Source: a virus
Lineage: Duplodnaviria > Heunggongvirae > Uroviricota > Caudoviricetes
DNA length: 64,000 bases
IMG/VR virus record: IMGVR_UViG_3300035680_000003
Direction: 5' to 3' (one strand)
The notes under the pieces were generated by a model that saw only the letters and a list, made by a program, of their open reading frames with translations, did not search any database and was not told where the DNA came from. Shown one piece after another: positions 29,500 through 38,986 of the stretch (positions are counted from its first letter, which is position 1; each line of letters begins with the position of its first letter). The translations under genes and the position numbers were made by a program.

Positions 29500-30261
29500 T
29501 TAATACCTCATGTATGTTCCACTAACTCCTTCCCAGCCATATATTTTCCAGTCAGTTTCTACTATGTCTTTTTCGTAAGGTCTAGTAAAGAAATATAACA
29601 AGGTTTCAAGATCATATGCTATACCATTGGGGTTATTCGTAAATTCTGCAATCACTCTATAGATGTCTAGCATTTTTTCATGATACTCAGAAGTCCATCC
29701 ATAAAGCACTGAGCAATATTGTCTAAGCGTGTTATCTTGCTGGGTACTTCGTCTATCTACCATTTCATAGGGCCAAGTATCCTGCCACTCAAATTTTAAC
29801 GGATGTTTAAAAAACAATTTCCCTGTATTTTCATTTGTACAATGAGTTAGGTTAAACGACCGATCAAAGAAATATCTTCCACTTAATTTAAAAAAGAAGT
29901 CATATTCTTTGAGCAAATCTTTATATCTATTAAAGAATGCAAGTTGTAATATTGTTTCACAGTGACTCTTGTGAGAGTGTGTTCTAATAATATCAAATAA
30001 GTCGGGAAATTCTTCTGCTACATTAATAAAAACAAGATTTGGTTGGTAGGCAAGTACTGCTTTGTAGTGTGCAGAATTTTTAGATGAGTCAACTAAAAAT
30101 ATAGTTGTTTCGTCGTCTATTATTCTATCTAAAGATGATAGAGTAAAAATAGTTTGTCTTAATCGTTCTTCATTACTGAAGATAGATCTTACATTACTGT
30201 AGGTAAGTGGATAGGTATTATCAACATCAATGACGCTAGTAACCAGTATTGCTTTCTTCAT
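29500..30261 (-). CDS. putative GT-A-like glycosyltransferase
   Basis: AILVTSVIDVD ... IFLVDSS (DxD-like); weak. Confidence 0.3.
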   Translation of the reverse strand: MKKAILVTSVIDVDNTYPLTYSNVRSIFSNEERLRQTIFTLSSLDRIIDDETTIFLVDSSKNSAHYKAVLAYQPNLVFINVAEEFPDLFDIIRTHSHKSHCETILQLAFFNRYKDLLKEYDFFFKLSGRYFFDRSFNLTHCTNENTGKLFFKHPLKFEWQDTWPYEMVDRRSTQQDNTLRQYCSVLYGWTSEYHEKMLDIYRVIAEFTNNPNGIAYDLETLLYFFTRPYEKDIVETDWKIYGWEGVSGTYMRY

Positions 30262-31280
30262 GATCTATAAAAGTTGCCTGTTAATAATTTTTTAAAATAT
30301 TCATCGAGTTGTTTATGTACAACTTCTTCAGAGTAGTGTTTCATTGCCCAGTCTCGGCAAACTTTGGGGTCTATCTTGTCAATGTTATTCAATGCGTCGA
30401 CAAATTCTTTAAACTCTCTACAACGGAATCCAGTTACACCTTGTACAACTGTTTCTGTAAAGCCCCCCCAGTCTGTGGTAATAGCTGGGGTGCCGGAGAA
30501 GTAGCCTTCAGCAACCATATTGCCAAAAGGTTCAACGTAGTAAGTCGGTCCTATGATCGCCTTTGCATCTCGCATTAATACTTTACGCTGTTCTGCATTT
30601 GCCACACCAAACACTTCTACATGACTAGGAATTTCAGAATAACCCATGTCTGCTAGATCTCCGGGACCTGCTACAATCAATTTATGTCCTGTTTCTTTTG
30701 TAGCTTGTATAGCAATATTAAGACCTTTGTTTTCAATAACTCTACCAAAGTAAAGAATATAATCTTTCTTTGCCTTAGAGAATTCAAACTCGTCTGGTGA
30801 AAATGCATTTGGTATAACAGCGTCATACCAGCTAGGAGCCATTAACATCTTTCTCTCACCGTAGAACATGTGCATTTGGGCATAGCTGACAAATACTCTA
30901 TAAGGTGCGAACACTGCCTTAGTGTCGTAGCCTATGCTAGGTTCGATGATAATAAGATCGTTATTGGCTTCGGCGGCAACTTGATTTTCCCAACCATGAA
31001 AGCAAACTATAATATCTCCGGGAGATTTTCGGGATTTAATTTCACCGGCTGCTCTTATATTGTATTTGTCTATACAAGAATTTCTGTGTGGGTATATCTC
31101 ATCTAAACAAATTACAGTTTCACAATCTACTTTACAGCCCACTATACCGTAATGGATACAGTCCCATCCTAGAGGCATCATGTTGTTGATAAATTTTATT
31201 ACCGCTATAGAAAAGGGATCGGTCCTGTTATTAATATGAACAGGACCGGTTGGATTGCTTAATATATGAATTGTAGGCAT
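30258..31280 (-). CDS. glycosyltransferase family 4 (GT-B, retaining)
   Basis: C-terminal YVEPFGNMVAEGYFSGTPAITTDWGGFTE is the GT4 E-x7-E motif region. Confidence 0.7.
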   Translation of the reverse strand: MPTIHILSNPTGPVHINNRTDPFSIAVIKFINNMMPLGWDCIHYGIVGCKVDCETVICLDEIYPHRNSCIDKYNIRAAGEIKSRKSPGDIIVCFHGWENQVAAEANNDLIIIEPSIGYDTKAVFAPYRVFVSYAQMHMFYGERKMLMAPSWYDAVIPNAFSPDEFEFSKAKKDYILYFGRVIENKGLNIAIQATKETGHKLIVAGPGDLADMGYSEIPSHVEVFGVANAEQRKVLMRDAKAIIGPTYYVEPFGNMVAEGYFSGTPAITTDWGGFTETVVQGVTGFRCREFKEFVDALNNIDKIDPKVCRDWAMKHYSEEVVHKQLDEYFKKLLTGNFYRS

Positions 31281-31454
31281 AGAGTTAATTAGATGCTTTT
31301 GATTTTTGTAGCCGCAATTTATTAAGTTGATCTTCTAACATTTTAATATAATGTACAGAAAATCTTCTTCTTAGTTCTACGGGAAAATCTTTTGATGCAA
31401 GTCTGTACTTTTGAATCTCTTCTTCTTTGAGAAAAATAAGTTTATCGATATCAT

Positions 31455-31637
31455 TCATTGTGTACTATTTAATCGATCAATCTCATCGGCTGCTTCTTCT
31501 AACAAATCTGCAATACGGTCTGGCGTGCCTTCCTGTACTGATTTACGGTCTTTGATCTGTCTGCGAATCTCTGCTCGCTTGCGTAGGCGGAATATAAGAC
31601 TCTGTTCACTTACTGGTAAATGACTTTCGTCTTTCAT
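31455..31637 (-). CDS. hypothetical protein
   Basis: 60-aa ORF. Confidence 0.25.
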   Translation of the reverse strand: MKDESHLPVSEQSLIFRLRKRAEIRRQIKDRKSVQEGTPDRIADLLEEAADEIDRLNSTQ

Positions 31638-31858
31638 TTTATATCAAGCCCCTGTGTTTCTGGACTATAGTCCAATGTGCCGCCGTCTTTGTCATTAGGG
31701 TAGAAGTAAGCATCCTCATCTACTATTGTAACTTCTAAATCACCATGACGCAGGTCATAGTCCGTGAATCCACCTTTGTCGTGATATACACGGAATACAT
31801 ATCCGTTCAGTGTGTCCAGAATAAATCCTCGTGTGCCCACAGCGTTTTTGATTTTCAT
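31634..31858 (-). CDS. hypothetical protein
   Basis: 74-aa ORF. Confidence 0.3.
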   Translation of the reverse strand: MKIKNAVGTRGFILDTLNGYVFRVYHDKGGFTDYDLRHGDLEVTIVDEDAYFYPNDKDGGTLDYSPETQGLDIK

Positions 31859-31978
31859 TTTTCTACCACCTTATATCCTGAGTAGGGATAGTGTTCTTGC
31901 AACCATTCCAACATGCCTGGTTCATTGGGCAGTCGGATTGAATCGTATTTGTTTGTGATATACATTATGCTTTCTCTG

Positions 31979-32000
31979 AAAAAGGGCCGTGACAGCCCTT
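31979..32000 (-). terminator. rho-independent terminator hairpin (AAGGGCtgtcacgGCCCTT plus T5), possibly bidirectional
   Basis: 19 nt downstream of the SPFH gene stop; T-rich tracts on both sides. Confidence 0.5.
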
Positions 32001-32018
32001 GTTCTTCTTTTTGTCTAA

Positions 32019-32816
32019 TTACTTAGGCATCATCAATGCATTGAAGTTGCTTGGAACAACAATGGTCTGTACTTGTCCATTCTTGATACCTTCTGAGATA
32101 TTCAACATGGCTTGTGCCTGCATGAATGCAATACTAGCACCTGAGTTATTTGCAAGTGCTGCCATACGACGGCTTTCAGCTTCGGCAGTCTTAACTTCAA
32201 CTTCCTTCTGCTTGAGTTCGTTCTTACTACGAACCAATGCGTTAGCCGACTCAACAACAGTATCACTTGGCAGTACATTACGAATCATAACCTGACTGAT
32301 CATAATGGAACCGTCCAACTTTTCTTCAGAAAGGTTGCGAACAATTTCTTCCTTAATGTAGTTTTCCATGTCAGTGCGGTTGTCTGCCATATCCAATGCT
32401 TCGTACTTTCGTGCGGCTTTGTAGATAGCATTACGAGCATTCTGAACCACATAGTTGTACATCACATAAGTGTCACCTTTGAATTCAGCGTGGAACGATT
32501 TGTTCTTGGTTGAATAAAGTTCGGCAACATTCTGTGAATTGATGTTGTAAACAACTACAGCATCGAAGTCTTTCATGGTTGAGTTGTCCTTGGCCACCGG
32601 AGTCATATTCTCCAAGACCACGTTAACATCCTTGACCGGGAATGTAAGCACATCACCGATGAATGTCTGATTGAACGAACCAGGCAACAACTCACCTGGT
32701 TGTACCTGTTTATCAAAACCAACTCGCACACCGACCTCACCAGTCTCAATACGAGTACAAGCACTAGTTAGAGCAACTGCGGTCAAAACCAAACCAACTT
32801 TAATAAAACGCATCAT
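32019..32816 (-). CDS. SPFH / band-7 (prohibitin-stomatin) family lipoprotein
   Basis: signal plus lipobox LVLTAVALTSAC, then an SPFH core and a coiled-coil C-terminus (KNELKQKEVEVKTAEAESRR). Confidence 0.65.
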   Translation of the reverse strand: MMRFIKVGLVLTAVALTSACTRIETGEVGVRVGFDKQVQPGELLPGSFNQTFIGDVLTFPVKDVNVVLENMTPVAKDNSTMKDFDAVVVYNINSQNVAELYSTKNKSFHAEFKGDTYVMYNYVVQNARNAIYKAARKYEALDMADNRTDMENYIKEEIVRNLSEEKLDGSIMISQVMIRNVLPSDTVVESANALVRSKNELKQKEVEVKTAEAESRRMAALANNSGASIAFMQAQAMLNISEGIKNGQVQTIVVPSNFNALMMPK

Positions 32817-32911
32817 TTAGATAACTCCAGTGGAAAAAAGATAAAAACAAACAACAAAACCCAAAGCAAAATACAAGGGCCTTAGCCAACGATCATTGAT
32901 CATACAATACC

Positions 32912-33088
32912 TTAAAAAAGAATTACAAGCACTGTCATCAACATTACTGCTGCCAGTGATACAAGTATACTATAGCCTATGCTTTTTGTCAAGGCCAATT
33001 GTTCCTTGCCTTCCATATTTCTCATAGCACGAATGCCAAAATGTATCAGAACAGCAAGGATAGCAAATGCAAACCAAAGTTTAATCAT
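32912..33088 (-). CDS. small two-helix membrane protein (58 aa; below the track cut-off) adjacent to the SPFH gene
   Basis: hand translation MIKLWFAFAILAVLIHFG...SILVSLAAVMLMTVLVILF; position is analogous to NfeD/YuaF-like SPFH partners. Confidence 0.3.
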   Translation of the reverse strand: MIKLWFAFAILAVLIHFGIRAMRNMEGKEQLALTKSIGYSILVSLAAVMLMTVLVILF

Positions 33089-33093
33089 TTTGA

Positions 33094-34173
33094 TTATCCT
33101 TTAGTTGGGAAAGGCCAATCACTGCCTTGTGCCCTAAACACAGTTCCAGGAGGTGGTGTCACCTTACCATCAGTATTGCGAGTCCAACCAGTTGGTTGCA
33201 CATAACGATACCGTGCTGGATCACCGTTTTCGCGATCTTCCACACCGGCCTCGTATCCAACGTCATATGCATTGTGTTCTCTGGAACCATAGTTGTATGA
33301 ATTGCTATAGTCTGCACCAGAGAAGCCGTCACTATAACCACGCTTATGGATACTTGAACCGACTCGGACTTCTGGCGCAGGCTTAGCCGCACGTACAGTT
33401 TCAGTACTGTTGGCATTGCTCTGTACAGGCTTGTCAAAAGCATCCCTTGCTTCACCGCCCATTTCACCAATAACTTCATATCGGCAAGCACGACCCTTGG
33501 CACCATTGTAGTCACTTGGGATTGAAACAACATCAGCTGGATCAATCTTAACAATTACCACACGGCTGTCATTACCACCAAAGTGGTCCAAGTAACTCAA
33601 ACCGCAGAAGTGGAGACCAGTACTGCAAGTTTGATCCTTGTTGTCGTCAACAGCGTTGCGTTCCATTTCGACAACAGTACCCGGGCTATTGTCCATAGTA
33701 CCACTGTGAATGTCTTTGAAGTCTCGGCGTACTTTCTTGTAGGCAAGGAAGTAACCATCGGGAGTGATGGGCAAACTGTTCTTTTCCAAGAAGCCATAGA
33801 GTTCATCTACTGAACGCTTTGAAGGGTTCTTCATCAAGTTGTGCATGAACAGAACCATTGGCTCAATAGTAAAGCCATCCTGCAACATGGTAATCATACG
33901 GCTTGCCAATACACCTGCAAAAGGTTGTCCTTTCCAGAACAGTTGTTCGCCTTTGACAGAGATGTTGCCAGCACCGTAGTTCAGCACAACCTTGACTGGG
34001 TCAATAATGTTTTTAACAGTGTCCCAGTCTTGTGCTTTAATAGCATCAACTACCTTTTGGTAAGTGACGTGGGTCTTAGAAATCGTATGTGGTTTGCCGT
34101 CAATAACGACAGTAACATTCGAACCTTGAAGAATAAACGGATAACTCATTTTAAATACCTTTCTTTGCATCAA
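33094..34173 (-). CDS. rIIB: rIIB-like protein (positional call)
   Basis: 359-aa ORF immediately downstream of and overlapping the rIIA stop, matching the T4 rIIA-rIIB arrangement; no independent motif. Confidence 0.45.
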   Translation of the reverse strand: MMQRKVFKMSYPFILQGSNVTVVIDGKPHTISKTHVTYQKVVDAIKAQDWDTVKNIIDPVKVVLNYGAGNISVKGEQLFWKGQPFAGVLASRMITMLQDGFTIEPMVLFMHNLMKNPSKRSVDELYGFLEKNSLPITPDGYFLAYKKVRRDFKDIHSGTMDNSPGTVVEMERNAVDDNKDQTCSTGLHFCGLSYLDHFGGNDSRVVIVKIDPADVVSIPSDYNGAKGRACRYEVIGEMGGEARDAFDKPVQSNANSTETVRAAKPAPEVRVGSSIHKRGYSDGFSGADYSNSYNYGSREHNAYDVGYEAGVEDRENGDPARYRYVQPTGWTRNTDGKVTPPPGTVFRAQGSDWPFPTKG

Positions 34174-36328
34174 TTAAATTTACATACTCGGCAATATCGC
34201 TTGCCTCTACGCGGTAAGTACTCAAACTAGTCAACAACGGATAACGGCTGTTAACTGTGTTGAGTTCTGTTTGATACTTGGTCACAAGTGCTTCTGGGCT
34301 AAGGTTAGCTGTAGGAGCAAACTTGCGGAACAGTCTATCAATATTGTAGCGGTTTCCTGTGAACTTGTCAACCTTTACAAACACTGAAACCAGTTTAGCG
34401 TAAGGACTGTTGGCATCAATTTCAGCCAAAATATCTTTATTGTGGATGCCGTTGATAACATCGGCCCCCTCTAATGCACTCTTAACCAAACTCATCAACA
34501 GTTTGGAATTGTCCTTAGCAGCCAACTGATCAACAATGTGTTCTTCAAAGTTCTTCCAGTTTGGCTTCTTCTTGATATCTTCAATGTCGCTCTTACGTAC
34601 ACCGTAGATCTCACCGTTGAACAAATTGTGCAAGCTCTTGACATCTTCATGCATGTCCTTACCGCTAGTATAGCCTTTGGCACTTAGCATTGTGAAGCCG
34701 CTCAATGGTACATAGTAGTAGGTTTCTGTAGTGACAAACTTGCTAGTATCGCCTGCGGCACGCCAGACCATATCTTGCTCATCACGACGATAGCCACCGC
34801 CACCACGACGTTCCAACTTGAGAATTGAAACGTTCTTACCCATGTTCTCACGTTCACGTTGCTTCAAGGTACTTGCGACAAAGCGACGAGCAAGCGGAGG
34901 TTCTTGGATAGCGGCAAAGAAAGACTTGGTATCCATGTCCTTAGTCTTGTCTGCCTTTTCCAAAATCCAGATAGCACGGCTGTAAACATCGCAACCAGTT
35001 TCACGATAGTGATAACGAGCACGTTCGCCGGCACCGGTCTTTAAATCATTGATGATGAAGTGACTGGCGTCATCAACCTGCACATGCCATTCTTGCCAAG
35101 TGATGTAATGTCCGGCAGCATTTTTTGCATGTCCGGGAGCGTACTCTGTAGTGCTCTTACCAGTGGTCACAGCCTTGTTATGACGAGTCTGATGCAACTG
35201 TCGAATCTGGATGTTATAGTTAGCAGCCAGGTCCTCTACTTTAAACTCAAACCGCTTCAAACGGTTGTACTGTTTGTCGTCATAAGTAGGCAAAGCAGTG
35301 TCTTGAGCATACTTGCTCACAGCCGCGGTCCACAGTCGATGCTCTTTCTTCTTGAACAAGAACACAGCACGATCCCACAGGTTCTCAATAGCATCTGCTT
35401 CCTTGGCAATGACCACAGTCAACGCCGCATTGACTGCTTCCAATTTACGTTTGATAGCCGCAACAGTTGATGGGATGTAACTGAGGCCTTCGCGGCTGGC
35501 TTGGAAGTCCAGTTCGCCAATACCAAAGTGCATTTCCAAACCGCAGATCAACAACTGCTTCAACTCAGGCGGAATAGATCCGTCAGCGTTAGGCACCTCG
35601 ATAGGATAAGCAATATTGCCCATAATGGCTGCACTGTTACTGCGATCCTTGAAACTATGCACACCGGGAACAATGTCGCGGCTTTCGTACTCAGCATCAA
35701 CAAACTGGAAATCGGAACTGCCAGAAACAACCGGACGGAGAGCAAAGTGTTTGTAGACAACTCGAGCTTCTTGTCGGAACTTGTCAAAGTCGTAACGATC
35801 GTTGACGGAAAACTTAACTTCAACACCAGCAGGCTCGTCTGTAGCTTCCTGCATCATCAAGGCAATGCTGGGCACGCCTTCCCCGTTGATAAAAGCTGAG
35901 TAGATACCCTTAACGCCGTTTTGGATAGCAGTCACAGTGAAGTTGTCAGTGTAGCTGAACGGACTCTTTGAACCCAACCCCAGCGCACCAATAAACTCGT
36001 TGGAGTTTGTTTTAGTACTTTCAAAGTAAGTGGTGTAGATTTGGGTAACTTGCTGATGACTCAAGCCAGTGCCGTAGTCACGGATGGCAAAGTGCGGCTC
36101 CAATGTGTTGGGCAAATGCACATCAAACGGAGTGTCTTTCTTACCTGCGGCTGCATGGCTGTCCACAGCATTGCAACTCAATTCGCGGATGATAGCACGG
36201 ATCTTGTTAGCATACAAGCCCGAACTCAAAATGCTGAACGCTTTGGCAGAATTGCGAATACGGAACTCGCCAATTTCTGCTACGTTAGAAACAATAGCTT
36301 CGTTAACTGGAGCATTGTTGAGAATCAT
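34151..36328 (-). CDS. rIIA: rIIA-like protein with N-terminal GHKL (HATPase_c) ATPase fold
   Basis: IRELSCNAVDSHA (N-box ExxxNAxD) and IRDYGTGLS (G1 box DxGxG); length 725 aa equals T4 rIIA. Confidence 0.7.
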   Translation of the reverse strand: MILNNAPVNEAIVSNVAEIGEFRIRNSAKAFSILSSGLYANKIRAIIRELSCNAVDSHAAAGKKDTPFDVHLPNTLEPHFAIRDYGTGLSHQQVTQIYTTYFESTKTNSNEFIGALGLGSKSPFSYTDNFTVTAIQNGVKGIYSAFINGEGVPSIALMMQEATDEPAGVEVKFSVNDRYDFDKFRQEARVVYKHFALRPVVSGSSDFQFVDAEYESRDIVPGVHSFKDRSNSAAIMGNIAYPIEVPNADGSIPPELKQLLICGLEMHFGIGELDFQASREGLSYIPSTVAAIKRKLEAVNAALTVVIAKEADAIENLWDRAVFLFKKKEHRLWTAAVSKYAQDTALPTYDDKQYNRLKRFEFKVEDLAANYNIQIRQLHQTRHNKAVTTGKSTTEYAPGHAKNAAGHYITWQEWHVQVDDASHFIINDLKTGAGERARYHYRETGCDVYSRAIWILEKADKTKDMDTKSFFAAIQEPPLARRFVASTLKQRERENMGKNVSILKLERRGGGGYRRDEQDMVWRAAGDTSKFVTTETYYYVPLSGFTMLSAKGYTSGKDMHEDVKSLHNLFNGEIYGVRKSDIEDIKKKPNWKNFEEHIVDQLAAKDNSKLLMSLVKSALEGADVINGIHNKDILAEIDANSPYAKLVSVFVKVDKFTGNRYNIDRLFRKFAPTANLSPEALVTKYQTELNTVNSRYPLLTSLSTYRVEASDIAEYVNLIDAKKGI

Positions 36329-36366
36329 GTAAAACCTTTCAGTAGTGTGTTTGTCTGTATGTATAT

Positions 36367-36395
36367 ATTATACAAGAAAAAACCAACCCTGTCAA
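36367..36395 (-). promoter_or_regulatory. perfect sigma70 consensus promoter (TTGACA-17-TATAAT) upstream of rIIA; -35 sits in a hairpin loop
   Basis: minus strand ccaactcTTGACAgggttggttttttcttgTATAAT; the stem CCAAC/GTTGG plus T-run also looks like a terminator. Confidence 0.6.
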
Positions 36396-36412
36396 GAGTT
36401 GGTTTGTCCAAA

Positions 36413-36616
36413 TTATCTACCCACTGCAATCAATCGAATTCGTAATGCGTTCAAACTTGACTGGATGGTCATAAGTTCTGCCAACGCCTTAGTGTAGTGA
36501 CCGTTAGGATGTTTATCATGTCCCAGTTTACGATCTACGCCTAGAGCCATTTTTACACTGGCAATGGCTGTGTCAACTGCTTCAATTCTTGCTTCGAGTT
36601 TTTCTAAATCTGTCAT
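36413..36616 (-). CDS. hypothetical protein
   Basis: 67-aa ORF. Confidence 0.3.
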   Translation of the reverse strand: MTDLEKLEARIEAVDTAIASVKMALGVDRKLGHDKHPNGHYTKALAELMTIQSSLNALRIRLIAVGR

Positions 36617-36822
36617 TTTCTTTTTCCAATCTTGTCTACAACATCGGCCTTGCTCTGTAGCAGTTGGGCACGGAAGCGACGATAAACTCGCAGTGAAGCG
36701 ACACTCATAGGATCTTCCTTGCCCTCCAACTCTGCTATCTTAGCATCCAGTTCGGCTTCGTGGGCACGATGACGTTCGACATCTGCCTTGAGCCCTTTCG
36801 CATCACCCCAGAAGAATTTCAT
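36613..36822 (-). CDS. hypothetical protein
   Basis: 69-aa ORF. Confidence 0.3.
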   Translation of the reverse strand: MKFFWGDAKGLKADVERHRAHEAELDAKIAELEGKEDPMSVASLRVYRRFRAQLLQSKADVVDKIGKRK

Positions 36823-36823
36823 A

Positions 36824-37117
36824 TCATCCCCACTTTAAAATAAAGAACACAGCGTCCTTTTCGTTTTTAAATCTATACTCAAAGGGTCCAGTACTCCAGC
36901 GAGGATTATTATATCCTTCGTTTCTGTGTCCGAAATACTTTGAGCACCATGCCATCATCTCATCCTTTTCTTCCCACCAATCACCGCCTGAATAATACAC
37001 AGTGTATTTCTGGGGAGCAAGTTCTTCTCGAACCCGCAGTTCTAAACTACGGGGCCGTTTAGTAAACCAGTTCATAGGAGTATGCGGATAAAAACTATTA
37101 ACGTCTAAATCAATCAT
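36824..37117 (-). CDS. hypothetical protein
   Basis: 97-aa ORF. Confidence 0.3.
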   Translation of the reverse strand: MIDLDVNSFYPHTPMNWFTKRPRSLELRVREELAPQKYTVYYSGGDWWEEKDEMMAWCSKYFGHRNEGYNNPRWSTGPFEYRFKNEKDAVFFILKWG

Positions 37118-37650
37118 ACACCTACGAACCGGCTGGCTTCGGCGTGCAACCCTGCGTCACCCTTGGTCATCACAGCCAACAACAATCTCTTTTCCTCCAA
37201 GTAGGTCTTGGCGAAAGCAGGATCGTGAGCCATGATGCTACGGCTGTTGCTGATCAAATCTGCCAACTTGATGGTCTGTGCTTCGGCGGGCGCTCTTGCA
37301 GTATGCTCACGGTCTATTGCCTTGCGGTGGGCACGATTGCCATCATGCGGTTGGCTAACATCAGTCAACCATCCAACCAAGGTAGCAACATCGATACCAA
37401 AGGCCATGTGGATGTCAGTGTATGTGCAACCAGTGTCTTCCACAACATCATGCAACCAAGCAGCCGCAACCATATCAGGAGTGCTACCCGGAACGCCTGC
37501 TACGATCTTGGCAACTTCAGCCGGGTGGACAATGTAGGGTTCGTTAGTGTACTTACGCCTCTGTCCAACTGCGGCGTGAGCAGCCATGGCATAGACTTGC
37601 GCCTTACGGACTACATCAAATCCGCTGAGATCCATTGTAAAATCTTCCAT
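37114..37650 (-). CDS. HD-domain phosphohydrolase, RelA/SpoT-hydrolase (Mesh1 / small alarmone hydrolase)-like
   Basis: YIVHPAEVA...AAWLHDVVEDT...TIKLADLISN parallels the SpoT HD domain (YITHPLEVA, LLHDVIEDT, KLADRLHN); the gene looks GC-richer than its neighbours. Confidence 0.6.
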   Translation of the reverse strand: MEDFTMDLSGFDVVRKAQVYAMAAHAAVGQRRKYTNEPYIVHPAEVAKIVAGVPGSTPDMVAAAWLHDVVEDTGCTYTDIHMAFGIDVATLVGWLTDVSQPHDGNRAHRKAIDREHTARAPAEAQTIKLADLISNSRSIMAHDPAFAKTYLEEKRLLLAVMTKGDAGLHAEASRFVGV

Positions 37651-37676
37651 GCTGCTCTCCTTGTTAATAAGTATAT

Positions 37677-37705
37677 ATTATAGCATGGATTTACCATGCT
37701 GTCAA
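37677..37705 (-). promoter_or_regulatory. perfect sigma70 consensus promoter (TTGACA-17-TATAAT) upstream of the HD hydrolase gene
   Basis: minus strand TTGACAgcatggtaaatccatgcTATAAT; the spacer is an inverted repeat GCATGG..CCATGC. Confidence 0.65.
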
Positions 37706-37932
37706 CCGGAAGTTTTAACCACTTCCAGGATGGTAATTTCTACTACTAAATGCTTACGCAGTAGCATGAACTTTTTGAACTTGGCTTCTATGTCCGCCTG
37801 AATGTACTCGTCATGGTAAGGCATAGTAGCAACGTCCTCATAGGGTTCATCGTTTTCGTTTAACGCTATGAAACTGAGCTTCACTGTGCCCTGTTCGGGC
37901 TCTTTGAACATTTTAACAAATTTGTTGAACAT
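37702..37932 (-). CDS. hypothetical protein
   Basis: 76-aa ORF. Confidence 0.3.
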   Translation of the reverse strand: MFNKFVKMFKEPEQGTVKLSFIALNENDEPYEDVATMPYHDEYIQADIEAKFKKFMLLRKHLVVEITILEVVKTSG

Positions 37933-37940
37933 GCAAATAT

Positions 37941-38486
37941 TTAGTGATGCCCTTTAATTTCGTTATCTTTAATCATACGAACTGCCCGATCCATGGAGAT
38001 TACAATTTCCCCAGTTGAGTCCATACCCACATCCATGCAACGATATTTTTCCATGCCTGTAGTGCCACCGTGCAAGTGACCGTGAAAGTGCAGAGAACCA
38101 CGATGCATCTGATCCCATTCATAGATAGGATAGTGAAACATCACGCACTTGTGGCCATCATAGGTGATATCCAAATACTTATGTACTTCAACAAATGCAT
38201 CGCGGAATGTTACATCCATTAGGGTCTTGCGGTCATGGTTGCCTTCTACAAGGATCTTATCTCCGTTCAACCGATTCATCATTCGTCCAGCATCACTTCC
38301 TGACATAAACGCTACATCGCCTAAGATGTAGACTAAATCACCCGGCTCTACTTTGTCGTTCCATTCTTCCGCCATTGCGTTATTCATATAAGCAACATCG
38401 TCACGAAATCGTGCCCGTGTTTGCGGACAGAACTTCATAATGTTCTTGTGCCCGAAATGGAGATCCGAAGTAATCCAAGTTTTCAT
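37941..38486 (-). CDS. calcineurin-like metallophosphoesterase
   Basis: SDLHFGH, ILGDVAF, GNHD and HFHGHLH motifs. Confidence 0.8.
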   Translation of the reverse strand: MKTWITSDLHFGHKNIMKFCPQTRARFRDDVAYMNNAMAEEWNDKVEPGDLVYILGDVAFMSGSDAGRMMNRLNGDKILVEGNHDRKTLMDVTFRDAFVEVHKYLDITYDGHKCVMFHYPIYEWDQMHRGSLHFHGHLHGGTTGMEKYRCMDVGMDSTGEIVISMDRAVRMIKDNEIKGHH

Positions 38487-38496
38487 ATTATTTCCT

Positions 38497-38525
38497 ATTA
38501 TACAGCCAGTGACCTATACCGTCAA
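38497..38525 (-). promoter_or_regulatory. sigma70-like promoter (TTGACG-17-TATAAT) upstream of the metallophosphoesterase gene
   Basis: minus strand TTGACGgtataggtcactggctgTATAAT. Confidence 0.55.
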
Positions 38526-38986
38526 CTGGCATACCAAATTTCTTTAAACCCTTCTTCCTCAGTGGGCTCTTCCCAACTGGCAATCATGCTGGCAATAACA
38601 TGATCCGGAATCTCTTTGCCAGGGCGGCTCATCAATCGGCGCATAAGTTCTTTGTGTTCAGGTGTCTTAAACACTATTGCAATATGCTCATAGTCAGGTA
38701 ACATGTTAAACTTGCGAGTACGACTTGCAAGAGTAGTACTAGTTTGATCCCAGATAATATCTCGATTCATTTCACGAGCCGCAACAACTTCCTTGGCCAT
38801 AAGGTCTACAGCAGTGGGCATAAAGTCTACAAACACTTCGCTGTAGGTGCGTCCTACTTCCTTTGCGTAGATTTCAACCCACTTGTCTGTGCTAATACAA
38901 GAGCAGGTCAACGCCCAGTCTTGTTCAGCCACCCAAGTACTTTTACCTGAACCAGGCACTCCAATCAATTGATAACATTTTGCCAT
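38522..38986 (-). CDS. polynucleotide kinase-like P-loop kinase (kinase domain only)
   Basis: LIGVPGSGKSTWVAEQ closely matches the T4 Pnk N-terminus (TIGCPGSGKSTWAREF); IIWDQTSTT matches the DxT region. Confidence 0.6.
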   Translation of the reverse strand: MAKCYQLIGVPGSGKSTWVAEQDWALTCSCISTDKWVEIYAKEVGRTYSEVFVDFMPTAVDLMAKEVVAAREMNRDIIWDQTSTTLASRTRKFNMLPDYEHIAIVFKTPEHKELMRRLMSRPGKEIPDHVIASMIASWEEPTEEEGFKEIWYAS

